64,000 nucleotides of DNA from Candidatus Latescibacterota bacterium. GTDB taxonomy: Bacteria; Latescibacterota; UBA2968; UBA8231. The notes under the pieces were generated by a model. The model was not told where the DNA came from. It saw only the letters and a program-made list of their open reading frames with translations, and ran no database searches. Where the stretch lies: the NCBI GenBank assembly GCA_965261395.1, contig OZ253462.1, positions 2,016,001-2,080,000 of the forward strand, written 5' to 3'. Made by a program: the position numbers and the translations under genes. Of this stretch, positions 12,643-21,124 are shown in pieces. Numbering within the stretch: the first letter of the stretch is position 1; each line of letters starts with the position of its first letter.

Positions 12643-14256
12643 CTAGTCCAAACGGTACGCCACCAGCGCACCGCCCCTAGGCACGTAAAGATACCCATTG
12701 GCCACGGATGGGGGGCCGAAGCCCCAACGGTCCCTATCGGGGTCGACCAAGGAACCGCCTTCGATTAGTGCCCCGTACTCAGCTATAGTCCACGTTCTCA
12801 CTCCAACGCCTGACGACCGCTGTATTAGCCTGTAGACCATTCCATCGACAACCCGAATGCCGTCGCTTCGAGGCAGCGGCAAGTATCCTACTTCGCGTAA
12901 TTGGTCGAGATTGGTAATATCAAACTCGACCAACTCTTGCGGCCAAAAGCGCTCGACATAGAGCTTGTCGCCATCGGTGGCTACTAGCCTAGAATCGTAG
13001 TAAGACTGAGGCCGAAAGGACTCCAGGGTGTACCGCCCGATCTCGCGCAAAGCGTGCGCATCGGCCACATCAATGACCACCAGCTCATGCTCAGTCCCTA
13101 TGTAGGCACGACTCCCGCGTACACTTACATGGCACCGCCGCTTCCACCTATTGGGACCGTCCACGGGGTCGGGAATGGGCATTATCACCCGCTCATCGCC
13201 CACCACCGGCATTCCCTCCGCGTCGAGAGCGAAAGCCTCGGCAACCAAGGCGTAGCCCCGCTCCCGGACGAGGAGCAAACCGCCGTCTGTGGCTCCCCAA
13301 TACTGCTGGTAGCGAAACCTTTTCCTTTTTGTCCGGTGGTCTATATAGGCGAGTCCACCTTGGACAGCGAGGGCCTCATAGTGCTGCTTATCAGGGGCTT
13401 CTAGCACCCCAGCAGGCATCCGTTGGTTGACGAGCGGTCCCCCGTAGAAAATCGCAAAGACGACGGCAATGATCGCACCCCACCCTATCGCCACCGTGCG
13501 CCACGGGAGGATTGCCTCGCGGTAGCGTCGCAAAAGCACCACCGCCACCACCAGCGCTGCCGCTGTCAAAACCATATTGGCCAAGACCTTCACCCAAAAC
13601 CGGGCCGAGTCCGTCGCCAAGCGCACCAAATGCCCTTGGTCATCCAAGCCGATTGCGACGAGTGGGTAGCGATTGAGCAGCGGAAAAATGGCCGTCGCCG
13701 GGCCGGTGAGGAAAACCCCTAACATCACGGCCAGCGCAATACCCACGGCGGCGCCCTTGAAGGGATGGTCCGTCATCACCGAGCCGATAAAAACTAGGGC
13801 ATAGAGCAGCGAGAATTGAGTAAACGACAGGGCGACCATTGAGGCATAGTCGATGCTCTGCACGGTGACCAGTTTATATGCCAGCCACGCGCGGCTCGCC
13901 TCAAGACTGGCCAAGTCTATGTACACCGTCGCCCAAGCCATTAGCGCGACCAACAGCAGCCCGCCAAGTCCCACTAAGAACTTGACGGCCAGCACCGTCG
14001 CGCCCGTCACCGGCTTGTCTATGAGGAAGGATAGGGTGCCGGTGTTGCGCTCGCGGGCGATGGCGTCCATGGCCAGCACAATCGCCATCAGCACCAGACC
14101 ACCCATAATTAGCACTTCGAAACCTTCTGCATAGCTGCGGTTGAAATCGACATTGCGCCGCATTAGACAGACCACTACGGCGAGCGCGACGGCCACCAGC
14201 ACCTTGGGCAGGATTTCGCGGCCCTCTTTCCACAACAACGCGTACAAGGTGCTCAT
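12643..14256 (-). CDS. ABC-2 type permease fused to an LVIVD-like beta-propeller (paralog 2)
   Basis: MSTLYALLWKE.RE start (ATGA overlap at 14253-14256), ARERNTGTLSFL..KP permease motif, about 6-7 TM helices and C-terminal LVVIDVAD/LVEFDIT repeats. Confidence 0.75.
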   Translation of the reverse strand: MSTLYALLWKEGREILPKVLVAVALAVVVCLMRRNVDFNRSYAEGFEVLIMGGLVLMAIVLAMDAIARERNTGTLSFLIDKPVTGATVLAVKFLVGLGGLLLVALMAWATVYIDLASLEASRAWLAYKLVTVQSIDYASMVALSFTQFSLLYALVFIGSVMTDHPFKGAAVGIALAVMLGVFLTGPATAIFPLLNRYPLVAIGLDDQGHLVRLATDSARFWVKVLANMVLTAAALVVAVVLLRRYREAILPWRTVAIGWGAIIAVVFAIFYGGPLVNQRMPAGVLEAPDKQHYEALAVQGGLAYIDHRTKRKRFRYQQYWGATDGGLLLVRERGYALVAEAFALDAEGMPVVGDERVIMPIPDPVDGPNRWKRRCHVSVRGSRAYIGTEHELVVIDVADAHALREIGRYTLESFRPQSYYDSRLVATDGDKLYVERFWPQELVEFDITNLDQLREVGYLPLPRSDGIRVVDGMVYRLIQRSSGVGVRTWTIAEYGALIEGGSLVDPDRDRWGFGPPSVANGYLYVPRGGALVAYRLD

Positions 14257-16133
14257 AGCCGGCCTCCTTTGGCCTGCTCCAGCGGGAACACCATGAGCGA
14301 ACGCCCGATTAGGGTGTAGAAATGGCCGTGGACGAGATGGAGCCGTTGCCAACCACGACTGAAAGAAGACCGAGACTGTAGCTCGTCGGGCACTTGCCAA
14401 TAACCCACGTCCTCGTAGGCGTGATAATCGGTCAACCGATCGACAAATAACCCATTCCCTGCCGTGCTGTACACCCAGTCGTCGATTATTTTTATCGTAT
14501 TCTTAGCATCAAAAAACCAGTACCCGATCTCACGTGGCCTATTCGGATCGGTAATGTCGAAGGCTACCAAGTTTCCGGGCCAGTACCGTTGGACGTAGAG
14601 CGTGTTGCCCTCGCGGGTTATTGGGCGGCTCTTGTGCGAGTCGTACTCACTATTGTAGTCGCCCATTTCCACTCGCACAGTCTCTTGCAGCGCCCCTAGA
14701 TTCCGGGCATCCACCGCGAGAAAACCGTCCCCGTATCCTACCCATATCCGCTCGTTGCGTACGTGCATGGACAGTTTGCGATTCCACCAGCCTCTGAAGT
14801 CATCCTTGTAGCCCTCTGGTAGCTCCTCGACGATCAGCTCGTCCGCCTGTGCTGGCAGCCCTTCCGCATCTAACGCAAACGACACTATTCCCAACTTATT
14901 GCCCCAACGCCCACTGAGGATCAGCCCTTCGCCGCAGCGATCCCAGTTCCAAAATTCCTCTATGTCGTCGCCAATTATCCGGTACCCTTTGAAGACCGGA
15001 TTGGCCGGATCGCCGACTCTGAAGACGGCGATGCCGAGGCTGTCGGCGGGCAAGCCCTTGCGCCGGCCGAGTAGATAGACCAGTGAATCCACGACCGCGA
15101 CTCGGCTCATCGACCACTGCGGTTCCTCCACGGCAGCTAGTAGCTCAGGCTTAGTAGGATCGCGCAAATCGACGACCGCCAAGCCCCCTTCAGTCGCTAC
15201 ATACCCCCGATCTCCGACGATGGCCAAGTCGAGATAGGCTCCCTCTTTGGGCGTCAGCACACTCAACGGGCCCGGTCTCGGCGGCCGGGGCCCAGAGGTC
15301 ATATCCATCGCGATTATAAAAGCGATCAGGGCCAGCCAGCCGATGACAATGGGCTTCCAGCCGATGCTGACCCCTCGAAAGCGGTGAAAAAGCACGATGG
15401 AAATCGCCACACCCGCCGCCATCACTGCCGCTGTCGCGCCTAACCTCACCAGATAGCCCCACGGGTCGCCCACTATGCGGACTACCGTCCCCCGGAAGCT
15501 GATTCCTAGATCGAAGGAGAAGAACGGCTTGAGTGCAGGGAAATACCGGAGCACATCGTCGGTCGCTAGAACCAAGACGATCAGCAGCAAAGTGCCCAAG
15601 GCCGCCCCCTTGAGCGGGTGGTCGGTCACCGTCGAGCTGGCGAATATCACGCTGTAGGCAATCAACCCCGGCGTAAGGGAGACCAGCAACATGTTGACAT
15701 AGCCTACCTCCTCGGCGAGCCGCTTTACGGAGGGATACCAAGTGCCGCCACCGCTATAGATGCTGTAGCCCTTAGACGCCAGCCCCTCCAAGTCCAGATA
15801 CACCGTCGCCCAAGCCCCGGCAACCAGCACCAACAGGGCCACCGCGCCGACGACGTACTTGGGCAGCAACACTTCCTGTGCCGACAGGGGTTTGCCCAGC
15901 AAAAACGACAAGGTGCCCTTGCTGCTTTCCTTGGCGACCAAGCCCATGCCCAGCGCGCCGCCGCAGACCAAGATAGAGATCGTAATCCACATCCCGAAGT
16001 CTCGGGCAAATTCCTCGTTGAATTCCGCGTTCTGCCGTAGCGCCACCACCATCGCGCATAGCCCCAACCCCACCAGCACCTTTGGCAGCTCCTCGCGGCT
16101 TTCCTTCCACAGCAATGCGCGCCAAGCCCTCAC
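14253..16133 (-). CDS. ABC-2 type permease fused to an LVIVD-like beta-propeller (paralog 1)
   Basis: ALLWKESRE, AKESSKGTLSFLLGKP, TM helices, then GLAVVDLRDPTKP, IAVFRVGDPANP and LVAFDITDPNRP repeats. Confidence 0.8.
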   Translation of the reverse strand: MRAWRALLWKESREELPKVLVGLGLCAMVVALRQNAEFNEEFARDFGMWITISILVCGGALGMGLVAKESSKGTLSFLLGKPLSAQEVLLPKYVVGAVALLVLVAGAWATVYLDLEGLASKGYSIYSGGGTWYPSVKRLAEEVGYVNMLLVSLTPGLIAYSVIFASSTVTDHPLKGAALGTLLLIVLVLATDDVLRYFPALKPFFSFDLGISFRGTVVRIVGDPWGYLVRLGATAAVMAAGVAISIVLFHRFRGVSIGWKPIVIGWLALIAFIIAMDMTSGPRPPRPGPLSVLTPKEGAYLDLAIVGDRGYVATEGGLAVVDLRDPTKPELLAAVEEPQWSMSRVAVVDSLVYLLGRRKGLPADSLGIAVFRVGDPANPVFKGYRIIGDDIEEFWNWDRCGEGLILSGRWGNKLGIVSFALDAEGLPAQADELIVEELPEGYKDDFRGWWNRKLSMHVRNERIWVGYGDGFLAVDARNLGALQETVRVEMGDYNSEYDSHKSRPITREGNTLYVQRYWPGNLVAFDITDPNRPREIGYWFFDAKNTIKIIDDWVYSTAGNGLFVDRLTDYHAYEDVGYWQVPDELQSRSSFSRGWQRLHLVHGHFYTLIGRSLMVFPLEQAKGGRL

Positions 16134-17026
16134 GATGGAAGCTCCCCTTGTGGCGTCACGTGTTCGACGAAACTCTCCTCTAAGCTCAAGTCGATCACCT
16201 CGACAACTTGTCCGCCCGCCTGTTCGATCTGCGCTTTGGCCTCGTCTCCGTAGTCGAAAATGGTCAAGAGCCGCTGGCGGGCCTCGCCCTGCACACCGCG
16301 CAGCCCCGGCACCCCGGCAAAATCCACCGTGCCCTCAGTCCGCACCAGCACCCGCTTAACCTGCTGCCGCACCGCGTCCAACTCGTCGCAGACCAGCAAC
16401 TTGCCCTGTTCAATAATGGCGACTTGATCGGCCACTCGTTCGACCTCATGCACTAAATGCGACGAGAAAAACACCGTCCGGCCTTCCGCACTGATGACTT
16501 GGATAATGCTTTCGAGCACGTCGCGGCGCACGATCACGTCCAGCCCAGAAGCCGGCTCGTCGAGGATCAACAGCTCTGGGTCGTGCCCCAGCACCAAGGC
16601 CAGATTGAGTTGGGCATTCATCCCCCGCGACAGGTGCTTGACCTTCTGCTTGGGGTCCAGCCCGAAGTGCTCAATCAGCGTGGCGACCTTCTGCTGATCC
16701 CAACGCGGATACAACTGCCCGGCAAACCACGCCACCTCCTCGACCTTCATCCAGTCGTAGAGCACCGGATTGTCCGAGATGTAGCCCACCCGCTTCTTGA
16801 GTTCCTTTTCGTGGACATACGGGTCTTGGCCCAACACCTCCACCGTGCCGGCGGTGGGTTTGAGCATATTCATCAGTACTTTGATGGTCGTGGTCTTGCC
16901 GGCCCCGTTGCGCCCTAAAAAGCCGAAGATGCTGCCTTGGGGCACCTCCAAGTCCAACCCATCTACCGCTTGGTGGTTGCCAAAGGTTTTAACCAAGCCT
17001 GCGATGCGAATCGCCGCTGCTGCCAT
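16130..17026 (-). CDS. ABC transporter ATP-binding protein (YtrB-like)
   Basis: GRNGAGKTT, LSRGM, LILDEP and SSH. Confidence 0.95.
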   Translation of the reverse strand: MAAAAIRIAGLVKTFGNHQAVDGLDLEVPQGSIFGFLGRNGAGKTTTIKVLMNMLKPTAGTVEVLGQDPYVHEKELKKRVGYISDNPVLYDWMKVEEVAWFAGQLYPRWDQQKVATLIEHFGLDPKQKVKHLSRGMNAQLNLALVLGHDPELLILDEPASGLDVIVRRDVLESIIQVISAEGRTVFFSSHLVHEVERVADQVAIIEQGKLLVCDELDAVRQQVKRVLVRTEGTVDFAGVPGLRGVQGEARQRLLTIFDYGDEAKAQIEQAGGQVVEVIDLSLEESFVEHVTPQGELPS

Positions 17027-17037
17027 AGTTGCTTCTC

Positions 17038-17457
17038 CTATTGGCCACTGAATTTTTCTAGGGTTTCCTCAAACACTCGGCGCAGACTCGCCGCGTCCAA
17101 CCCGAGCTGCGTCCCTTCCACCAGTGCTTTTTCTATTAGCTTGCGGATGATGTTCAGCCGCTCTTCGGTACTCATAGAGACCCCCTTTTCGGCGACGTAA
17201 GTCCCCATGCCGCGCCTTTTGTAGATGACGCCCTCGCGCTCCAATTCGAGATAGGCGCGGGCGACGGTGTTCGGGTTGATCAAATGGGCGCTGGCCAGGG
17301 CCCGCACCGAGGGCAGCTCGTCGTCGGCTTTGAGGATGCCGGTGGCGATGTGATACTTGATCTGCTCGATCAGTTGCAAGTAGATCGGCACCCCTCCAGT
17401 GGTATCGAGGCGCAGATGCAGCGCGTCTCCTCCACGTGCGATCTCGCGTTTAGCCAT
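17038..17457 (-). CDS. GntR-family regulator, YtrA subfamily
   Basis: PIYLQL..QIK, LPSVR.LA, INPNTVARAY.ELE.EG, RRGMGTYV and a short C-terminal helix. Confidence 0.92.
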   Translation of the reverse strand: MAKREIARGGDALHLRLDTTGGVPIYLQLIEQIKYHIATGILKADDELPSVRALASAHLINPNTVARAYLELEREGVIYKRRGMGTYVAEKGVSMSTEERLNIIRKLIEKALVEGTQLGLDAASLRRVFEETLEKFSGQ

Positions 17458-17480
17458 GAGCGTCTTTCCGTATGGTGATT

Positions 17481-17524
17481 TACTGTGTTAATTCATTAAT
17501 ACAGTACAAAAAGAGTCTTGTCAA
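17481..17524 (-). promoter_or_regulatory. Sigma70-type promoter overlapped by a palindromic YtrA-type operator
   Basis: Minus strand TTGACA (17524-17519), 17-nt spacer, TATTAA. Inverted repeat TACTGTGTTAAT-TC-ATTAATACAGTA at 17481-17506 with 1 mismatch. Confidence 0.8.
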
Positions 17525-17536
17525 GCACTTGTTGAC

Positions 17537-17573
17537 AAAAAAAGCGGGCGAGGGAACCATGTCCCTCGCCCGC
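17537..17573 (-). terminator. Intrinsic terminator downstream of the HEPN gene
   Basis: 12-bp stem GCGGGCGAGGGA/TCCCTCGCCCGC followed by T7 on the minus strand. Confidence 0.8.
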
Positions 17574-17635
17574 ATCGGGTTAATTGTTGTTTTTATTGGA
17601 GTTACAATAATATACAATCGAAACGCAATAAAATT

Positions 17636-18190
17636 TTACTCAGACAACGCACGTGTGCTACTGGAACTCTCTTCTTCAGTGAACCTATTGAGTTCATCCG
17701 GGAACCATTCTATGAATGTCTTCGCATCAGAGTAGAGTTTGTATATTTCCTCGGAGGTTTTCTCAAGAGAGAAGCTACCATAGTCGCCATGAACAAGACG
17801 ATTCCTCTCGCGGCCAATTTCTAAGAACGCGTGTATGGATGTTTCTATCTCGCCGTTTACCTTATCCGATATATGATTCTTGAAAGGCTCGCCAAATAGA
17901 CTAAAAAACTTATTGGCATTCTTACCCTCCCAAGCAAACCATGTGTGGTACTGACGGCTCACTGCTTTGTTTTGTACAAGCCACTTTATAGGATGATCTT
18001 TTGCAGTAACCTGTTCCACAAAATTAATCACTACCTCCGTCATAGACCGTTCAAAATGGCTCGCGGCAGCTATCAATAATACCTTCCTAAAGTTTTCATC
18101 TGCAATGCTACGCCATGAGATTTCGCCTGACTCGTCCAAGAATTCCAATATATTAGAGAAATCTTCATGTAAGCCATCAATAACACTCAT
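17636..18190 (-). CDS. HEPN-domain protein (putative RNase effector)
   Basis: N-terminal LLIAAASHFE helix and an Rx4H motif (RNRLVH). AT-rich. Confidence 0.85.
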   Translation of the reverse strand: MSVIDGLHEDFSNILEFLDESGEISWRSIADENFRKVLLIAAASHFERSMTEVVINFVEQVTAKDHPIKWLVQNKAVSRQYHTWFAWEGKNANKFFSLFGEPFKNHISDKVNGEIETSIHAFLEIGRERNRLVHGDYGSFSLEKTSEEIYKLYSDAKTFIEWFPDELNRFTEEESSSSTRALSE

Positions 18191-18250
18191 CAGGGTTCGG
18201 CTCCCACCGCGAGGGAACCCACAAGTTCTCGTGCCCTATTCAGTCTCTTA
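18190..18250 (-). pseudogene. Stranded native C-terminus of the DUF262 gene
   Basis: Removing the IS restores ...TSNVHKRLNRARELVGSLAVGAEP*, whose TGA overlaps the HEPN ATG (TGATG). Confidence 0.85.
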
Positions 18251-19180
18251 GAAGCCGTCTGAAAACCCTCTGATGTAGCCGAATTTGAAAGGGCGTACTC
18301 ATCGAGCCATATTCAGGTTTCACCACAAAATCTGAACAGAAAGGCTTGTATAATGAGTACGCCGCGTAGGCAATATGCCACCGATCTAACCGATGGACAA
18401 TGGCAGCGGATCGAACCGTTGCTGCCCGCGCCGCGCTGGCGGCTTCACGGTCCGGGTCGGCCGCCGCGGGATCGACGCCAAATCGTCAACGGCCTTTTAT
18501 ATTTGAACAAGACGGGGTGTCCTTGGGCTTTGTTGCCTGCTTGTTTTGGGCCGTGGAAAACGGGGTATGATTACTTTCGTCGCTGGAGCCTGCAAGGGGT
18601 CTGGCCGCCGGTGTTGGATCGGTTGACCAAGCGGGAACGCCGCCAGAGCGGCCGGGCGGCGATGCCGTCGGCTGGCTGCGTCGATAGTCAGACGATTAAG
18701 ACCGCAACGCATGGTAAAACAACCGGGTATGACGCCGGTAAAAAGATCAAAGGCCGCAAACGGCATTTGTTGGTGGACACGTCGGGTTTGCTTCGACAGG
18801 TGGTGGTCACCGCCGCCGATGTCGATGATCGAGAGGGTTTGAAGCAGGTGTTGACCCGCTTGAAGGCCGCCGGAGTGGCTCGGTTACGCAAGCTGTGGGT
18901 TGATGGCGGCTACCAAGGCGAGGCCATCCGAACGTGGGTGGCCAACCAAAAAAAGACGCACAAAATAGACTTGGAAGTCGTCGCCAAACAAGGCTCCGGA
19001 TTTACCCTAGTTAAACGCCGGTGGGTCGTCGAGCGCACCTTGGCGTGGTTGATGAATTTTCGCCGACATGCGAGAGATTATGAGGTCTTGACCCGCCATA
19101 GTGAAGCCTTGATCCAGATTGCCATGATCCACTTGCTACTTAAACGAATCAAATGAAAATTAGAGTTTTCAGACGGCTTC
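18251..19180 (+). mobile_element. IS5-family insertion sequence (IS1031-like), 930 bp
   Basis: Perfect 16-bp TIRs GAAGCCGTCTGAAAAC (18251-18266) / GTTTTCAGACGGCTTC (19165-19180). TTA duplication at 18248-18250 and 19181-19183. Confidence 0.95.
18353..19156 (+). CDS. IS5-family DDE transposase
   Basis: Y.TDLTD.QW, VDSQTIK, GYDAGKKIKGRKRHLLVDT.G, DGGY and RWVVERTLAWL. Confidence 0.95.
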   Translation: MSTPRRQYATDLTDGQWQRIEPLLPAPRWRLHGPGRPPRDRRQIVNGLLYLNKTGCPWALLPACFGPWKTGYDYFRRWSLQGVWPPVLDRLTKRERRQSGRAAMPSAGCVDSQTIKTATHGKTTGYDAGKKIKGRKRHLLVDTSGLLRQVVVTAADVDDREGLKQVLTRLKAAGVARLRKLWVDGGYQGEAIRTWVANQKKTHKIDLEVVAKQGSGFTLVKRRWVVERTLAWLMNFRRHARDYEVLTRHSEALIQIAMIHLLLKRIK

Positions 19181-20307
19181 TTATGCACATTTGAGGTGTC
19201 CGTAGTGCTTACTCGGCTCGCTTCAGAGAAATCCCGGTCTTTTTCAAGAGTTTGCAGGCACTCTATGTCTATCTCACCATCGACGACGCGTTGTTCTGCA
19301 AATGCCTTCTCACATGCAACCGTAAAAACTGCCTCATAGAGCGCAACATTAAATCGATTGTTTTTTTTATTTTCGAATGCATCGTCCGGTAAATTGGAGC
19401 ATGCCTTTAGAAACGACTCAAAAAGTTTCCGGCAGTATACATTCTGCTCCGGACATTGATTTTTACATTTTTTAGAAAACTGATTCAAGAACTTGGTCAG
19501 GGACGGCGCATAATTATCGCCGTCGACAAGTGTGGCAAACCCACGAAGAAGAAATTCAATGTCTCTCATATGTAGATCAGGTACGGGCTGCCCCAAAATT
19601 CTCCGCCACTCCGGTAGACTGTTGATATTGTACAGTATTTTGTAGAATTCCGAGTGATACATGCTAGTGCGAATCTCTTGCGGACTTAAGGTTATACCAC
19701 CCGTATTGAGTCGGTTAAATATCTCATATATTGCAGAATCGTCGGAAGGCATATTCTGTCTGACGACAATATTTCTTATTGGTCGTAAATCGAACTGGGT
19801 CTTGTAGTCACCAAGTGTCGCGTAGTTTAGGCCCTTAAACGTACTTGGATGATTGGGAATTTTTTCTTGCAGCCGGAGGTTGAAAGGCTGAAAATAGCTG
19901 TCGTCGTGCAGTATTTTCTCTGGAATGCGTCCTTCTTTATCGAATATAGAGCGAAGTTCTACTCGCGCTTCTTTCCGCGGGAACCGCTTCTTGATAAAAT
20001 AGTAGATTGACATCAGGCGCTGTTGGCCATCTATGACGAGAAGCTCATTATGCTCCTGTTCGTAAAGGAACAATTGCGGTACCGGTAGACCAAGTATGAG
20101 GGATTCAATCAGTTTAGACGCCCGTCCCAAATCCCAGACGAAGTTGCGCTGAAAGCCGGGAATGCGTACCGCACCGGATTCCACGAAGCTGTGCAATGTC
20201 ATTACGTTGAAATCGTTGGGAGATACGGTAATATCGTACTCCTCGACTTGCAACTCGTCCACATCTTCTGCGTAATCTTCGAACCAAGACTGTCCGTTTT
20301 CGTCCAT
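19078..20307 (-). CDS. DUF262 (ParB-like/GmrS-like) protein, with its C-terminus replaced by IS-derived sequence
   Basis: IPGFQRNFVW, IESLILGLPVP, VIDGQQRL and IFNRLNTGG..LSPQEIR. The IS junction is at 19180/19181. Confidence 0.9.
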   Translation of the reverse strand: MDENGQSWFEDYAEDVDELQVEEYDITVSPNDFNVMTLHSFVESGAVRIPGFQRNFVWDLGRASKLIESLILGLPVPQLFLYEQEHNELLVIDGQQRLMSIYYFIKKRFPRKEARVELRSIFDKEGRIPEKILHDDSYFQPFNLRLQEKIPNHPSTFKGLNYATLGDYKTQFDLRPIRNIVVRQNMPSDDSAIYEIFNRLNTGGITLSPQEIRTSMYHSEFYKILYNINSLPEWRRILGQPVPDLHMRDIEFLLRGFATLVDGDNYAPSLTKFLNQFSKKCKNQCPEQNVYCRKLFESFLKACSNLPDDAFENKKNNRFNVALYEAVFTVACEKAFAEQRVVDGEIDIECLQTLEKDRDFSEASRVSTTDTSNVHKKPSENSNFHLIRLSSKWIMAIWIKASLWRVKTS

Positions 20308-20600
20308 CTTATCCTCTTTTGAGAAGGGTTCTTAAAATCCATTTCGGGGTCGGATCCGAAGACCTCGATCGCAAGGTCAGCGACAAACGCATCCAATGAG
20401 TACGCTTTATTAATCCGACCAATTGACCGATGGGCAATGGCATCTCAGCCAGCGCTTGCTGCCGGCTTGCCTAGACGCTGCGGGAGATCCGGAACGACCT
20501 TTCTCGTGCTATCCGCCTTTTTTACGCCCTGCCTAATGAAGGAAGCGGCCACACCCCCTGTATGGATGCAGCCGCTTCGGTGAACTTCTGTCGCAGGGGG

Positions 20601-20939
20601 CTAAACAGCCGCGTCGCCGGTCTCCCCAGTGCGGATCCGCACTACCTCATCCACCGACAGCACGAAAATTTTGCCATCGCCAATGTGGCCGGTCTGCGCG
20701 GCCTCGCGCACAGCGCCCAAGCACTGCTCGGCAAGGTCGTCCCGCACCACCACCTCCACCTTGATCTTGGGAGTAAAATCGACGACATACTCGGCACCGC
20801 GGTAGATCTCCTTATGGCCCTTCTGGCGGCCAAAACCCTTGACTTCACTGACCGTTATGCCTTGGACGCCCAACCCGCTCAACGCCTCTTTGATCGCGTC
20901 TAACGCATTGGGCCGCACTACGCACATTAGCAGTTTCAT
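20601..20939 (-). CDS. glnB: P-II nitrogen regulatory protein (GlnB/GlnK)
   Basis: GFGRQKGH.EIYRGAEY T-loop, GDGKIFV and RIRTGE; 112 aa. Confidence 0.93.
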   Translation of the reverse strand: MKLLMCVVRPNALDAIKEALSGLGVQGITVSEVKGFGRQKGHKEIYRGAEYVVDFTPKIKVEVVVRDDLAEQCLGAVREAAQTGHIGDGKIFVLSVDEVVRIRTGETGDAAV

Positions 20940-20993
20940 ATCGCCATCTCCTCACGTGTTGGTGCATAAGAAAAAGTAGGTTGCCGCGCCGTT

Positions 20994-21054
20994 TGGCGCA
21001 ATGGGTGCAATCGTTTCCCGCCGTGCCCTCCCTCTGGCGCAATGGGCGCAATCG
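20994..21054 (+). promoter_or_regulatory. Pair of 20-bp direct repeats (sigma54-like or activator boxes)
   Basis: TGGCGCAATGGGTGCAATCG (20994-21013) and TGGCGCAATGGGCGCAATCG (21035-21054), each with GG-N10-GC spacing. Confidence 0.55.
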
Positions 21055-21124
21055 GTTTAGACTTTTTGGCCTCGATTATTAGCCGCTCTCAGGCGGCGCG
21101 CCTCTTTTGTGTGGTATAATTTTA

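Noticed and set aside
20202-20460. Third gene upstream of DUF262
   Set aside because: Only short ORFs with no recognisable motif; possibly a remnant, but unsupported.
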